DNA of 64,000 nucleotides, from the NCBI GenBank assembly GCA_963702845.1, contig OY969763.1, positions 1,696,001 through 1,760,000 of the forward strand, in the 5' to 3' direction. The position numbers and the translations under genes are program-made. Origin of the DNA: an uncultured Verrucomicrobiae bacterium. Lineage in GTDB: Bacteria > Verrucomicrobiota > Verrucomicrobiia > Limisphaerales > Palsa-1400. Every line of letters starts with the position of its first letter. Positions within the stretch are counted from its first letter, which is position 1. The notes below the pieces were generated by a model. The model ran no database searches and was not told the DNA's origin. It worked only from the letters and a program-made list of their open reading frames with translations. Below are positions 45,840 through 56,856 of the stretch, in pieces.

Positions 45840-46763
45840 ATGGAACTCAGACCCCGCCTGGCGTTTTCATTTTTGTTGGCAGCACTCGTTGGTTTTTCCT
45901 GCGGCCGGGCGGAGGCGCAACCGAAGAATGTTCCCGACGTAAAACTCGGCCTCGTGTTGGCCAAAACGAACGGCAATCTCGTTATTCAGGCAGTCCTCGG
46001 CCAGGCTGTCTACGACGCGGGTCTTCGGCCGCGACAGATCATTAAACAAATCGACGGACGTTCGACGGACGATTTGAGCGTTGAGCAGGCCGTTGAAGCG
46101 GTGAAAGGGCCGGTTGGCTCTCGATTGACTTTGACGATCGTGAAACCAGGACAATCGAAGCCGGTGGAGATTGAGATAACTCGCGGGCCGTATATCACAT
46201 TGAAAAGTGTAACGGACCGTGTCATCGAAGGGGGCATTGGTGTTATCGGTATCCGGTCATTTGAAATGGATTGCGGATCGAAAGTTGCGACCATTCTCGA
46301 AAGTTTTCGCAACAAGCAATTGAAGGGGCTGGTTCTAGATTTGCGCGATAATGGCGGCGGTTATTTGCAGGGAACGATGGCCGTTGCCAATCTGCTGCTT
46401 GATAAAAAATGCGTGTTATGGATCACGAAACGTAACGGCAGAGAAGAAACCGAACATTCTACACCAGTCCACGGCTGGGACGGGCCCATCGCTGTTCTGG
46501 TTAATGAGGCTACGGCAAGCGGTGCGGAAATTTTGGCTTCAGCTCTTCAGTTGAACGGGCGTGCAAAAGTTGTGGGTCAAAGGACATCGGGCCATGCTTC
46601 GATATCCACGAGATCGGCCACCGGTTCTGTCGTCAAGATTGGTGAATATTACAATTCGCGACGGCAAGCTATAGATGGCCACGGTGTTACACCAGATATT
46701 GCCTTGGATGTGAATCTTTCGGAGGACGTGACTTTGTCTCGCGCTACAACAGTTCTGAAGTGA
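45840..46763 (+). CDS. S41 C-terminal processing peptidase with PDZ domain
   Basis: LVLDLRDNGGG; TASGAEI; GVTPD. Confidence 0.9.
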   Translation: MELRPRLAFSFLLAALVGFSCGRAEAQPKNVPDVKLGLVLAKTNGNLVIQAVLGQAVYDAGLRPRQIIKQIDGRSTDDLSVEQAVEAVKGPVGSRLTLTIVKPGQSKPVEIEITRGPYITLKSVTDRVIEGGIGVIGIRSFEMDCGSKVATILESFRNKQLKGLVLDLRDNGGGYLQGTMAVANLLLDKKCVLWITKRNGREETEHSTPVHGWDGPIAVLVNEATASGAEILASALQLNGRAKVVGQRTSGHASISTRSATGSVVKIGEYYNSRRQAIDGHGVTPDIALDVNLSEDVTLSRATTVLK

Positions 46764-46785
46764 TTCTCGGCTTCCCCAAGTTGAG

Positions 46786-48303
46786 TCAATCCCGCACAAA
46801 CACCTGCGCTTCTAAAACATGCCCCTCGCTGCCAACAGCGTGACGGCCAACACCTTTCCATCCGAGCTCCTGCGCCCAATTCCACGTTTCTTGCGGCAGC
46901 GGACTGCACATCACAATGCGACCGTGCGGCATTATTTTCGTAGCGTGTTGCAGCAGATGCCGAAGTAGCCACGCGGTATTGCCGCCTTGAATCTTTCGGC
47001 CGTAAGGCGGGTTAGTCAGCAAAACGTTCACGGCCGCTAACTTCAATTTCAATGCATCCCCAAGCTGCAATTCAACGCGCTCAACTCCTTGCAGGTTTCG
47101 GCGAGCTGCGTCTAATGTCGCTGAATCACGGTCGCTGCCGATGAGTCGGGCGTACGGCCCGGCCTTCGCGCGTTCGGCTAACTCCGTGCCCGCTCCACAA
47201 AAAGGATCCCACACAACATCATTGGCGCTCGGCTGACTCAGCGCCGCAAGAGCTGCCGCCAGTGGTGGATGGGTCATTGCCGGGATGCTTGCCTGAAGAT
47301 ACTTGAAACGGGTGTCGGGCCAAAATCGTGGCAGCAATTCGAGTTCGGTCGCTTTTGGCCGCAGTTCCCACACCGCGCGCTCCGGACTATTCGGGAGATC
47401 CGGGACACTTCCTTGCGCGGCGCGGACGTAATCGAGCAGTTCGCCGCGCGAAGCGTTCGGAATGTTCAGTCTCCACGTCGCCACGCCTTGGGTTAATTGA
47501 CGAAGCAAAGCGCCTGCCGGACCAGCAAGGGCGGCCGCGAATGCTTCCTGCCCGGACAATCCCGACTGCCACGCAACGCGCAGCACTGCTTCACTCCACA
47601 AACGACATTCAAACAAGCTGTTCAAACTCCCATGTAGTTCCGCGTCGATCTGGCCGGCGGACGATTCCCGTGCGTTACGCACAGTGGAGGGAAGATTCTC
47701 GAGCAGCAATTCGCCCAGGCCGCTACGACAACGTAAACGCACTCCAGCCCTGGCCAAAACTTTATCGCCATCCACTCGTCCTTCGCCTGAACTAGCTCGC
47801 AATTTCCGTGAGGTAATCGCAAATAAAGCGCGCGCCACTTCACGTTGCACCAACGGTGCCTGGCTCGGACAAGACTTTAAACTCGATTCGCTTTGCGAAC
47901 TCCCGACGCGACCGAGAGAGGTGGCGAGCACGCGCAATTGGTCATCACGCTTTTCATCTTTCCACAAATCGAGCAATGTCGATTCGGTCTGTGCGTTGAT
48001 GCCGAGGTGTCCGAGGCACGTGATTAAACTGCGACGTTCAGCGCCGTCGTGCGTTCCGAGATGATCGATCAGCAACAGTCGCGTAGACGTGCTGTCCTCC
48101 AAACCGCCGGCTTCGGCGATTTCACCGAGCGTTCTCAGCGCCGCGCGATATTGCGACACGTTTTCCGGAGCCTTCACCGCCGCCAGCAAGGTTGGGACTA
48201 CGGAACTTCCACGCGCCACGAGACGGCGCCGCGCACTGCCTGCGACCTTATCGTCGTCGCTGGCAAGTTCGTGAATCCAAACGCTAATCTCCGGTACGCT
48301 CAT
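46786..48303 (-). CDS. HEAT-repeat plus SAM-dependent methyltransferase (RlmL/Trm14-like)
   Basis: WDPFCGAGT; TNPPYG; N-terminal HEAT repeats. Confidence 0.8.
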   Translation of the reverse strand: MSVPEISVWIHELASDDDKVAGSARRRLVARGSSVVPTLLAAVKAPENVSQYRAALRTLGEIAEAGGLEDSTSTRLLLIDHLGTHDGAERRSLITCLGHLGINAQTESTLLDLWKDEKRDDQLRVLATSLGRVGSSQSESSLKSCPSQAPLVQREVARALFAITSRKLRASSGEGRVDGDKVLARAGVRLRCRSGLGELLLENLPSTVRNARESSAGQIDAELHGSLNSLFECRLWSEAVLRVAWQSGLSGQEAFAAALAGPAGALLRQLTQGVATWRLNIPNASRGELLDYVRAAQGSVPDLPNSPERAVWELRPKATELELLPRFWPDTRFKYLQASIPAMTHPPLAAALAALSQPSANDVVWDPFCGAGTELAERAKAGPYARLIGSDRDSATLDAARRNLQGVERVELQLGDALKLKLAAVNVLLTNPPYGRKIQGGNTAWLLRHLLQHATKIMPHGRIVMCSPLPQETWNWAQELGWKGVGRHAVGSEGHVLEAQVFVRD

Positions 48304-48391
48304 GTCACCGAGCCTAACACGGATCGCGCCCGCATCCAGCGAAACGACGGAATCTCTGGACGCAGTATTCTGGTCGTTGGGCGACTGATTC

Positions 48392-50356
48392 TTAACGGTT
48401 ATAAATGGGGAACGTGTTCGCTAGCAGCAGCAGTTCCGGAGGCGCCGGTGACAAGTTCGGTAACACCACGCGCACCTGTGAGCGATAGGCCGCCAGTTTC
48501 TCTCGCAACGGACCCAAATCGTCCACTTTTTCCCAGTGCAATTTGTTCAGGTCCAGGACCAGCCGGCTCTTGCTCCGCGCCAGTGAATCTCGAATGCGCT
48601 GCCCGAGTCCGTCCGCGTCCGACGACGACAAAGCGCCCTCGAGCCGCATCCAAACCTGTTGCTTCGCATGTTGCAATTCCACTTGCACCGAGAAATTCGG
48701 GCTCGCGACTTTGGCGTGAAATTCTTCCCACAAATGAAATGCGCTCCATGCTTTTTCCGGCAGACGATACGTCGTGCGAATTAATTTCGGATGTTGAAAG
48801 AGGTTCAGCTTTAAAGTCAGTCCGGTCCAGATCGCAGACGCGACTGCCATAACAGATTTGATTCTGTCTTGCAGAGTCGCGCTGCCCAGCTCGTTGTGGA
48901 TGCGCTTCTCCACATCGCCAATCCAGCGTCGCACCGCACGATTTGGCCCGAGCAATCGGCCTGGGAGAAACACCGGATAAGCGTAGCGCAATTCATGGGC
49001 GAAATATTCGGTTTTCTGCCGCAGAACCGGATTCGGCGAGTCCTTCAGTTTCAAATATCCAAGGAAACGCGATTCGAGCACGCGATAAATGCTCGGGCCC
49101 AGCCGTTGGAAATCCTGTTCAAAGCACCAGCGTTGAATGTCCTCAATCTGCTCGGGGGAGAGCGTCGGATGTTTGATCATTGTGCGAAACCCATCGGCGC
49201 GACGGTAGAATAGATCTTTGTCCGTCGTATAACAGTCGTGCAACAAGTTGTCTTTGATGATCCGTTCGTGAAACGGTGTGCCGGGCACCGGTCCGTAAAT
49301 CAGAAATTGCGCCAGCGACGGTTTGAGTTTCATCAACCCATCCAGCTCCTGCGCGACAACTTCCTGGTTCTGATAATCAAACCCGATAATCATCGAGGTC
49401 AGCACCGTGATGCCGTGCTCGCGGAACTCATTCAGAATCTCGTCAATTGGTCGACCTTTCTGCTTCGCGTAATTCGAGCGCGTGCCTTCGTAACCAATCC
49501 AAAAACCATCGATGCCCATTTCCAAAATTTCTTCGACCGTATATTGGCTGATCGCTTTGATACTGGAAAAAGCGAAGATCGACAGCTTCTTGTCACTGGC
49601 GATCACGCAGTCGCGAAATTCCATCGCGCGCTTTTTGTTCAGCAAAAAGTCTTCGTCTAAAATCAGGAACACCAGGCTCGGATCCATGTCCAGGTAACGC
49701 TCGGCTACCGCATAAATATCCTTTCCCGACGGCAAGAGCTTGATGTGTTTGCGCGAGAAGAAATGTGAGGTGCAACAAAAGTCGCAACCGTTGGGGCAGC
49801 CCAGTCCGGCAAAGATTTTTCCTGTGCCTGAAACTTTCCAGCCAAAAACTTTCAGCCAGCTCACAATCAGCGGTTGCTTGTAGGGCATCGGAATTTCCGG
49901 TTCACCCAACAGTTTCCGAAACCACGCGACACCTTCCTCGCGGCATATATAATCCGCATACGGTTTGAGCACGTCGTCTTTTGAGATCGTGCCATAACCG
50001 CCCAACACGATCTTGCTCTCTGGCGCGTATTGGCGAATCAAAGCAACCATCTCCTTCATCTTGTGCATGACCGCCATCAAAAACGAGATGCCCACATAAT
50101 CGTAGCCCTTCTTCAATTCGCGGATGAATTCCTGCTTTGACGGGTATTGCAACACGACCGTCGGCGCATCCAAATTCTCCGCGATATAATCGAGCGAAAA
50201 ATGGACGTTGACCGTGCGCGGACTGAAAAGCCCTTGCGCGCGTGTCACCTGGCGATACAGCAGTTCATAGCCGACAGACGGTGCGTCACCATATTCTGGC
50301 CCGATTGGACGGCAGATGCTTGTTAGTAGAATTCGTTTCGTATTGGACTTCGGCAT
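48392..50356 (-). CDS. B12-binding radical SAM protein with STAS-like C-terminus
   Basis: GCPNGCDFC; PVPGTP; RLVLDLNKL. Confidence 0.88.
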   Translation of the reverse strand: MPKSNTKRILLTSICRPIGPEYGDAPSVGYELLYRQVTRAQGLFSPRTVNVHFSLDYIAENLDAPTVVLQYPSKQEFIRELKKGYDYVGISFLMAVMHKMKEMVALIRQYAPESKIVLGGYGTISKDDVLKPYADYICREEGVAWFRKLLGEPEIPMPYKQPLIVSWLKVFGWKVSGTGKIFAGLGCPNGCDFCCTSHFFSRKHIKLLPSGKDIYAVAERYLDMDPSLVFLILDEDFLLNKKRAMEFRDCVIASDKKLSIFAFSSIKAISQYTVEEILEMGIDGFWIGYEGTRSNYAKQKGRPIDEILNEFREHGITVLTSMIIGFDYQNQEVVAQELDGLMKLKPSLAQFLIYGPVPGTPFHERIIKDNLLHDCYTTDKDLFYRRADGFRTMIKHPTLSPEQIEDIQRWCFEQDFQRLGPSIYRVLESRFLGYLKLKDSPNPVLRQKTEYFAHELRYAYPVFLPGRLLGPNRAVRRWIGDVEKRIHNELGSATLQDRIKSVMAVASAIWTGLTLKLNLFQHPKLIRTTYRLPEKAWSAFHLWEEFHAKVASPNFSVQVELQHAKQQVWMRLEGALSSSDADGLGQRIRDSLARSKSRLVLDLNKLHWEKVDDLGPLREKLAAYRSQVRVVLPNLSPAPPELLLLANTFPIYNR

Positions 50357-50535
50357 AATGCTTGATTGAGCAAGGTGTAAGCGCCGCTCAGTGGCTCAAA
50401 GAGAGTCGTAATGGGGCAGTCACTCCAAGGCAAAACAAGCAGGCACGGAAGCCAATCAGATGTCAAAGAGTGCTTCGAAAATTTGCTCACCCTCCGTTGC
50501 TTCACGATGAACAACGCAAGTTTAGCTCTTACAAT

Positions 50536-51018
50536 TTAATGTCGCTGTATGAGCAGCTGCTCCGTGCGTTTGAGCAACTCAATCTGTGCAGGATTGATTT
50601 TCTCCACTGCCTGACGCATGCCAAAAAACTCCGCCCGATCAATTTCCGGAAACGAAACTTTTTTCCCCGACCGCGGAGGCCACTCGATCTCAACATTCGT
50701 TTTGCACTGGAACGATGCCGATTCGCAATCGCCTGCGAACGCCCAGGCGTGGACGATCTTGCCGGCTTTTTGTCTTATTGAGCCGAGTGGTTGAAAGGGA
50801 CCGGTTGGAGTGAAGCCGAGTTCCTCATGGAATTCGCGTTGCGCGGCGGTGAGTGGGTCTTCATTCTCGCTGAGCTCGCCCTTGGGGATTGTCCAGGCTC
50901 CGTCGTCTTTGTTTTTCCAAAAAGGCCCGCCGGGATGGGCGAGCAGCACCTGCAAAACGCCCTCGCGAATGCGAAACATCAGTAGCCCTGCACTTTGCTT
51001 CTTCACCGATTCAACCAT
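50536..51018 (-). CDS. NUDIX hydrolase
   Basis: HPGGPFW; PKGE..AAQREFHEELG. Confidence 0.92.
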   Translation of the reverse strand: MVESVKKQSAGLLMFRIREGVLQVLLAHPGGPFWKNKDDGAWTIPKGELSENEDPLTAAQREFHEELGFTPTGPFQPLGSIRQKAGKIVHAWAFAGDCESASFQCKTNVEIEWPPRSGKKVSFPEIDRAEFFGMRQAVEKINPAQIELLKRTEQLLIQRH

Positions 51019-51081
51019 ACACGTTGCAACAGAATTTTAAATTCTGTTTACAAACCATCGCAATTTCCGTTGGATAGCGCT

Positions 51082-54000
51082 GTGAGGTCAACCAATAGCG
51101 GGCCGCTATTACTTCGGCTCTTTGTTATCATTTTCCTCGGCTGGACTGTTTTCAGCGCACGCGCGCAATCAAACCTGCTTCTCATGGTCAGTCCGCCTGG
51201 TGAATTGGTGGGACAAGGTTTGACATTCGTAACAACTAATCAGGCGGATTTCAGTGTTAGTATTCCGACGGGCTGGCCGTCTGGCGTTCGCGCTCACGGT
51301 TTCGGCTACGATTTTATCTTCAGCGGACCAAACGCAAATATTCCAGGCATCGCCAGCTATTCAAATGCAACGAAATGGCCAAACATTGGCAGCGCCACCG
51401 CCGGGATGTACATCGCTACTAACGCAGCAACGTGCACGAATATATGTGGAAACTTCCAGATTCTTGAGTTTCACGCCACCTCTAACGCTGTCATCGACCA
51501 TTTTTGGATCAAATTCTCCCAAGTCTGCGAATGCGGTTCGGCGCCGGCTCTTTCTGGTGAACTCCGGTACAACTCACAACTCGCTCCATCGACTCCGCTG
51601 CCGCACACGTGGCATGTCCCGGCTGAGTTCCCAACCATCCAAGACGCGATGGACAACGCCAGCATCTACGCCGGCGATACCATCCTCGTCGGACCCGGCA
51701 TCTACAATGAATCCGTCTACTTCGGCGGCAAACGTGTCCGTCTCATCAGTTCCGACGGACCGGGGCAGACAGCCATTGTGGCGCCACCAATTTATGGCGG
51801 GCCTGCTGTAACAATGGATGGAGGCGTCAACTCCAACGCACTGCTCTGTGGTTTCACCATTTCAAACAGTGACCTCGGCGTATTGATAGCGTTGGGATGC
51901 AGCCCGGTCATCTGTTCGAATCTGATTCTCGATTGCGGGTCCGGAATTGATTGTCTGGGATCGCCAATTGTTCGAAACAACTTCATCAAAGATTACTACG
52001 GGGCTACGGTAAGAATTTGGGGCGGAGAGGCGCCTGTTTTCGAAAGTAATGTTATTGAGGGTGGCCGGGCCATTGAGCAGTTCAATGGTGGTCATCCGAT
52101 CATTCGCAACAACATCATCCGTTTCACTGGCGGCGAAGGATTTTATGGCGACGGCGATCCGGACATCATTCAAAACCTTATCGTAGGAAACGGCTATTTT
52201 GCCGTGCAATACTTTAACGATCCCAACACGCGCGGCCCTTCATTGATTCAAAATACCATTGTCAATGGCACGGGGTGGGCTGTAGCGATTAACGGTAATA
52301 ATGTTGCCGTTGTTAATAACATTATTGTTAGTGCGGAGCCGTTGAATGCGGTCTCTGGAACGGTTGCCGGTAACGACCTTTTTCCCTCTAACTCGATAGC
52401 TGCACTCTATATCGGTCAAAACGGCAATATCTCGGTCGATCCCGCCTTTGCCTTCGCTCCATCGCAGGATTTCCACTTGCTACCCGATTCACCGTGCGTA
52501 AATGCCGGTGTGAATACAAATATAATGACCGCGACCGATCTTGATGGCCGACCGCGCGTCAATGGGAGCGCCATTGACATGGGCGCTTTTGAATTCCAGG
52601 CCGCACATTATGTCGCCGCCGGCGCCGGTAATCCGGTTTTTCCATACACCAACTGGGCGACGGCAGCTTTGACCATTCAAGACGCCATCGATGCAGCGAC
52701 ACCCGGCGAACCGGTCATCGTTTCCAACGGTGTTTACAACATCGGCGCAAACATCGGTCTCGACGGCCAGTCGAGTCGCCTATCGGTTACCAATGCGCTC
52801 ACACTCCGCAGCGTTTCAGGCGCGGCATCAACCATCATCGACGGCGGAAACTCCGGGCGTTGTGCCACACTCGCAGATGGAGCGGCGTTGGTCGGTTTCA
52901 CCTTGCAAAACGGTTTTGCCACAAACGGTGGCGGTCTGCTCGGTGCCAGCACGAACGCCTTTGCGCAAAGCTGCATTCTTTCTCAAAATAATTCGCTCAT
53001 AGCGGGAAGTGGCGCCTACACGTGTAGCTTGTTGGATTGCGCCCTCACGGACAACCTGTCAGCCGCCCCCACCGTCATTGGGAACGCGGCTTATGGCAGC
53101 TACATTAGCAACTGCGTCGTTTCACACAACGACGGCTCTGCCGTTTCAACCATCGATGCGAGCACGCTTATTTCGTGTGTCGTTAACAGCAATTCAGCCA
53201 CGGCCATCCTTTCTTCCACTGCCGATAACTGCACGTTTGCAGCCAATACCAATGGCGGCGCGAGAAATTCCGTGCTCCGCAGTTGTGTATTGACCGGTAA
53301 CATCGCCACCTCGGGAGGCGGTGCCGCATCATCTATTCTCACCAACTGCCTCTTGGTCGCCAATGTGGCCGCGCAAGAGGGCGGGGGAGCCGCTGATGGT
53401 TCGGTTCTTGCAAATTGTACCGTGGTCGCGAACAGCAGCGGCCAAACCGGTACCGGTGGCGCCGGCCCGTCCTGTCAGGTCTTCAATTCAATCATTTATT
53501 TCAACACCAACGGCAATTACACCGGCAACGGTGCCTCATACTCCTGCATCACACCGTTGCCAGCGGGATTCGGCAATTTCACCAATGACCCTGCTTTCGC
53601 CGATCCAGCTAACGATTGGTCGCTTCAATCCAACTCGCCCTGCATCAATTCCGGCGACAATTCCGTCCTATTGCGGCCGTCATTTCCACTAAGTCTGATT
53701 TACCACGCATGGGCGAATCCGTTTTATGACCTTACCGGCAATGTACGACTTGTGGGCGATACTGTTGACGTTGGAGCCTACGAATTCCAATCGCCTGTCT
53801 CCGCCATCAGTTATGCATGGCTGTTTAAACACGGCCTTCCAACCGACGGTTCCACCGACTATCTCGACAGCGATGGTGACGGAGCGAGCAATTGGGAAGA
53901 GTGGCGTGCAGGAACCGATCCGTTCGACCCTTCGTCTAACCTCAATATTCTTTCCATCAAATATTCTGACCTTGGTCGGACGATCACGTGGCGTACCGTT

Positions 54001-54159
54001 GTCGGGAAGAAATATTTTATTCGGTACTACTTGCCGGACCGATACATCCCGTTCCGTCCGCTCTACTCCAATATCCCCGGCCAGGAAGGCACGACCAGCT
54101 TCACCGATACAAACCAAATCTCCAATGGCCAGATGTTCTATCGTTTGGGCGTTCAGTGA
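51082..54159 (+). CDS. Secreted right-handed beta-helix repeat protein (start uncertain)
   Basis: VPAEFPTIQDA; SPCVNAG; IDMGAFE; DSDGDGASNWEEWRAGTDP. Confidence 0.85.
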   Translation: MRSTNSGPLLLRLFVIIFLGWTVFSARAQSNLLLMVSPPGELVGQGLTFVTTNQADFSVSIPTGWPSGVRAHGFGYDFIFSGPNANIPGIASYSNATKWPNIGSATAGMYIATNAATCTNICGNFQILEFHATSNAVIDHFWIKFSQVCECGSAPALSGELRYNSQLAPSTPLPHTWHVPAEFPTIQDAMDNASIYAGDTILVGPGIYNESVYFGGKRVRLISSDGPGQTAIVAPPIYGGPAVTMDGGVNSNALLCGFTISNSDLGVLIALGCSPVICSNLILDCGSGIDCLGSPIVRNNFIKDYYGATVRIWGGEAPVFESNVIEGGRAIEQFNGGHPIIRNNIIRFTGGEGFYGDGDPDIIQNLIVGNGYFAVQYFNDPNTRGPSLIQNTIVNGTGWAVAINGNNVAVVNNIIVSAEPLNAVSGTVAGNDLFPSNSIAALYIGQNGNISVDPAFAFAPSQDFHLLPDSPCVNAGVNTNIMTATDLDGRPRVNGSAIDMGAFEFQAAHYVAAGAGNPVFPYTNWATAALTIQDAIDAATPGEPVIVSNGVYNIGANIGLDGQSSRLSVTNALTLRSVSGAASTIIDGGNSGRCATLADGAALVGFTLQNGFATNGGGLLGASTNAFAQSCILSQNNSLIAGSGAYTCSLLDCALTDNLSAAPTVIGNAAYGSYISNCVVSHNDGSAVSTIDASTLISCVVNSNSATAILSSTADNCTFAANTNGGARNSVLRSCVLTGNIATSGGGAASSILTNCLLVANVAAQEGGGAADGSVLANCTVVANSSGQTGTGGAGPSCQVFNSIIYFNTNGNYTGNGASYSCITPLPAGFGNFTNDPAFADPANDWSLQSNSPCINSGDNSVLLRPSFPLSLIYHAWANPFYDLTGNVRLVGDTVDVGAYEFQSPVSAISYAWLFKHGLPTDGSTDYLDSDGDGASNWEEWRAGTDPFDPSSNLNILSIKYSDLGRTITWRTVVGKKYFIRYYLPDRYIPFRPLYSNIPGQEGTTSFTDTNQISNGQMFYRLGVQ

Positions 54160-54310
54160 CCGTCCCTTCGAGCGATTTCTGCCGAGCCGGACGGGAATGC
54201 CCACCCCCTCAATTGAGGGGCATCGCAGCTCGTGAGTGGGTGATTTTTGCGGTGTTTTTCCGAAAAATTTTTTGCATTCAACCGCCACTTACCCTCACGA
54301 TGTCCCGTTC

Positions 54311-55840
54311 ATGAACGACGCCAACTCAACCGATGCTCTGCTACGCGCCCGCGGTGTCAGCAAAAGTTTCCCGGGTGTGAAGGCGTTGCAGGAGGTCGAT
54401 TTCACCGTCCGCACCGGCGAAATCCACGCTCTCATGGGCGAAAACGGCGCCGGCAAATCCACATTGATCAAAGTCCTGACCGGGGTTTACCGCCGCGATG
54501 CCGGCGAAATTTATTTAGGCAACAACCTTATCGACCCGCGCACACCGGACGAAGCCCAACGCCTCGGCATCAGTACCGTCTATCAAGAGGTCAATCTCGT
54601 CCCGCACCTGTCCGTCGCCGAAAATATCTGTCTGGGCCGCCAAAGCACACGCCTGGGGTTGTTGAAGTGGAAAGAGATTCGCGAGCGCGCCGAAAAAGCT
54701 CTCGCGCGACTCGGCATCCAACTCGACGTCACCGAAACTCTCGCGAACAATTCAATTGCCATCCAACAACTCGTCGCCATCGCGCGCGCTCTCGATACCT
54801 CGGCACGTCTTCTCATCCTCGACGAACCGACCTCCAGCCTTGATGAAGGCGAAGTTGATCGCCTGTTCGGTATCATGCGCAAACTCAAGGGCGACGGCCT
54901 CGGTATCATTTTCGTCACCCACTTTCTAGACCAGGTCTACGCCGTCTCTGACAAAATCACGGTCCTGCGCAACGGCAAGTTCGTCGGCGAATATCTGGCG
55001 GCATCCCTCCCGCGCGTCCAGCTCATCTCCAAAATGATGGGCAAAGAACTCTCCGAGTTCGACCTCTCTCGTGGTAGGGAGGATCGCGCCGCGTCGTCCT
55101 CTTCGCGCGCCCCATTACTCGAACTCAAAGGAGTCGCGCGCAAAAACTCCATCAAACCCATCGACCTGCAAATCGGAGTAGGGGAGATAGTCGGCCTCGC
55201 CGGGCTTCTCGGCTCTGGCCGCACTGAAACGGCTCGCATCGTTTTCGGTCTCGATCCCGCCGAGACCGGCGAAATCCTCCTCGACGGCAAACCCGTCCAA
55301 TTGAATTCCGCGCTCGAAGCCATTTCGCACAAACTCGGCTTCTGCCCCGAAGACCGCAAACTCGAAGGCATCATCCCGAACCTGTCCGTTCGCGAAAACA
55401 TCATCCTCGCGATGCAAGCCGGTCAGGGCTGGCTAAAATATCTTTCGCTGGCGCGCCAAAACGAGATCGCCGAACAATTCATTCGCGCGCTCAACATCGT
55501 TACGCCGAGCCCCGAACAATCCGTTCGTCTGCTCAGCGGCGGCAACCAACAAAAAGTCATTTTGGCCCGCTGGCTCGCCTCACGTCCGCGCTTATTGATT
55601 CTGGATGAGCCCACGCGTGGCATCGACGTTGGCGCAAAACTCGAAATCGAAAAACTGATGGCAAAGCTCACCACCGAAGGTATGGCGATTTTATTCATTT
55701 CGTCCGACCTCGAAGAAATGGTCCGTAACAGCCATCGCGTCGTGGTGTTGCGTGACCGCCAGAAAGTCGCAGAGCTTTCGCGCGACCAAATTTCAGAAGC
55801 CAACATCATGCACGCCATTGCGGCAACGGAGGGCAAATGA
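54311..55840 (+). CDS. ytfR: Sugar ABC transporter ATP-binding protein (YtfR-like)
   Basis: GENGAGKS; two NBDs; LSGGNQQKV. Confidence 0.88.
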   Translation: MNDANSTDALLRARGVSKSFPGVKALQEVDFTVRTGEIHALMGENGAGKSTLIKVLTGVYRRDAGEIYLGNNLIDPRTPDEAQRLGISTVYQEVNLVPHLSVAENICLGRQSTRLGLLKWKEIRERAEKALARLGIQLDVTETLANNSIAIQQLVAIARALDTSARLLILDEPTSSLDEGEVDRLFGIMRKLKGDGLGIIFVTHFLDQVYAVSDKITVLRNGKFVGEYLAASLPRVQLISKMMGKELSEFDLSRGREDRAASSSSRAPLLELKGVARKNSIKPIDLQIGVGEIVGLAGLLGSGRTETARIVFGLDPAETGEILLDGKPVQLNSALEAISHKLGFCPEDRKLEGIIPNLSVRENIILAMQAGQGWLKYLSLARQNEIAEQFIRALNIVTPSPEQSVRLLSGGNQQKVILARWLASRPRLLILDEPTRGIDVGAKLEIEKLMAKLTTEGMAILFISSDLEEMVRNSHRVVVLRDRQKVAELSRDQISEANIMHAIAATEGK

Positions 55841-56856
55841 GCGCCAAACCCGTCAATTTTTCGTCGACATGGTCGAGCCTGAAGTGGCCCGCGCTCGCGC
55901 TCGCCTTGGTGCTTGTCTTCAACCTGTTCCTGACGCCGGGCTTCTTCCACCTGACGTTTCGCGACGGCCGCGTTTACGGCAGTCTCGTTGATATCATCAA
56001 CCGTGGTGCGCCGGTCATTTTGCTGTCGCTAGGGATGACGCTCGTGATTGCAACCGGCGGCGTAGATTTGTCGGTTGGTGCAGTCATGGCGATGACCGGC
56101 GCAATTGCCGCCGTGTTAATCACCAAGAACGTAACTTCTCTATTCGTGATCATTGGACTGCCGCTGATTATTTCCATCATTGCTGGCGCATGGAACGGTG
56201 CGCTCGTTGGTTTCGTGGGTGTGCCGCCAATCGTCGCCACACTTATATTAATGGTCGCCGGACGGGGTATTGCTCAACTGCTAACCAATGGTCAGATCAC
56301 GTTCCACAACGAAACCTTCGCCTACATCGCTCGCGGCCATTGCCTCGGGCTGCCATTTCCAATCACCCTCGTCGTGGTTGCGTTTGTCATCCTGCTCGTC
56401 GCAACGCAAAAGACCGCTGCCGGTCTGTTCATCGCCGCCACGGGCGATAACGAACTCACCAGTCGCTGCGCCGGCCTCCACACACGACGCGTTAAATTAT
56501 TCGTCTACGTCGTCTGCGGTTTCTGCGCTGGTGTCGCTGGACTGATTCCAGCCGCCGACATCCAACAAGCCGACGCCACCCATGCTGGCGAATGGCTGGA
56601 ATTGGACGCGATTCTTGCGACCGTTATCGGCGGCACAGCGTTGACCGGAGGCCGTTTTTCTTTAGGTGGCTCACTGCTCGGCGCGCTACTGATTCAAACT
56701 GTTACGACCACAATTCTGACGCGCGGCGTTCCGTCCCAATTGACGCTTGTCGTCAAAGCCCTGGTAGTCGTGAGTGTGTGCCTGTTGCAATCCGACAAGT
56801 TCCGCACCTTCACGGTCGCCACCGCCCGCTTCAAGCGAAAGGCGGTGCCGCAATGA
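55837..56856 (+). CDS. ytfT: Sugar ABC permease (YtfT-like)
   Basis: GGVDLSVG; ELDAILATVIGGT. Confidence 0.85.
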   Translation: MSAKPVNFSSTWSSLKWPALALALVLVFNLFLTPGFFHLTFRDGRVYGSLVDIINRGAPVILLSLGMTLVIATGGVDLSVGAVMAMTGAIAAVLITKNVTSLFVIIGLPLIISIIAGAWNGALVGFVGVPPIVATLILMVAGRGIAQLLTNGQITFHNETFAYIARGHCLGLPFPITLVVVAFVILLVATQKTAAGLFIAATGDNELTSRCAGLHTRRVKLFVYVVCGFCAGVAGLIPAADIQQADATHAGEWLELDAILATVIGGTALTGGRFSLGGSLLGALLIQTVTTTILTRGVPSQLTLVVKALVVVSVCLLQSDKFRTFTVATARFKRKAVPQ

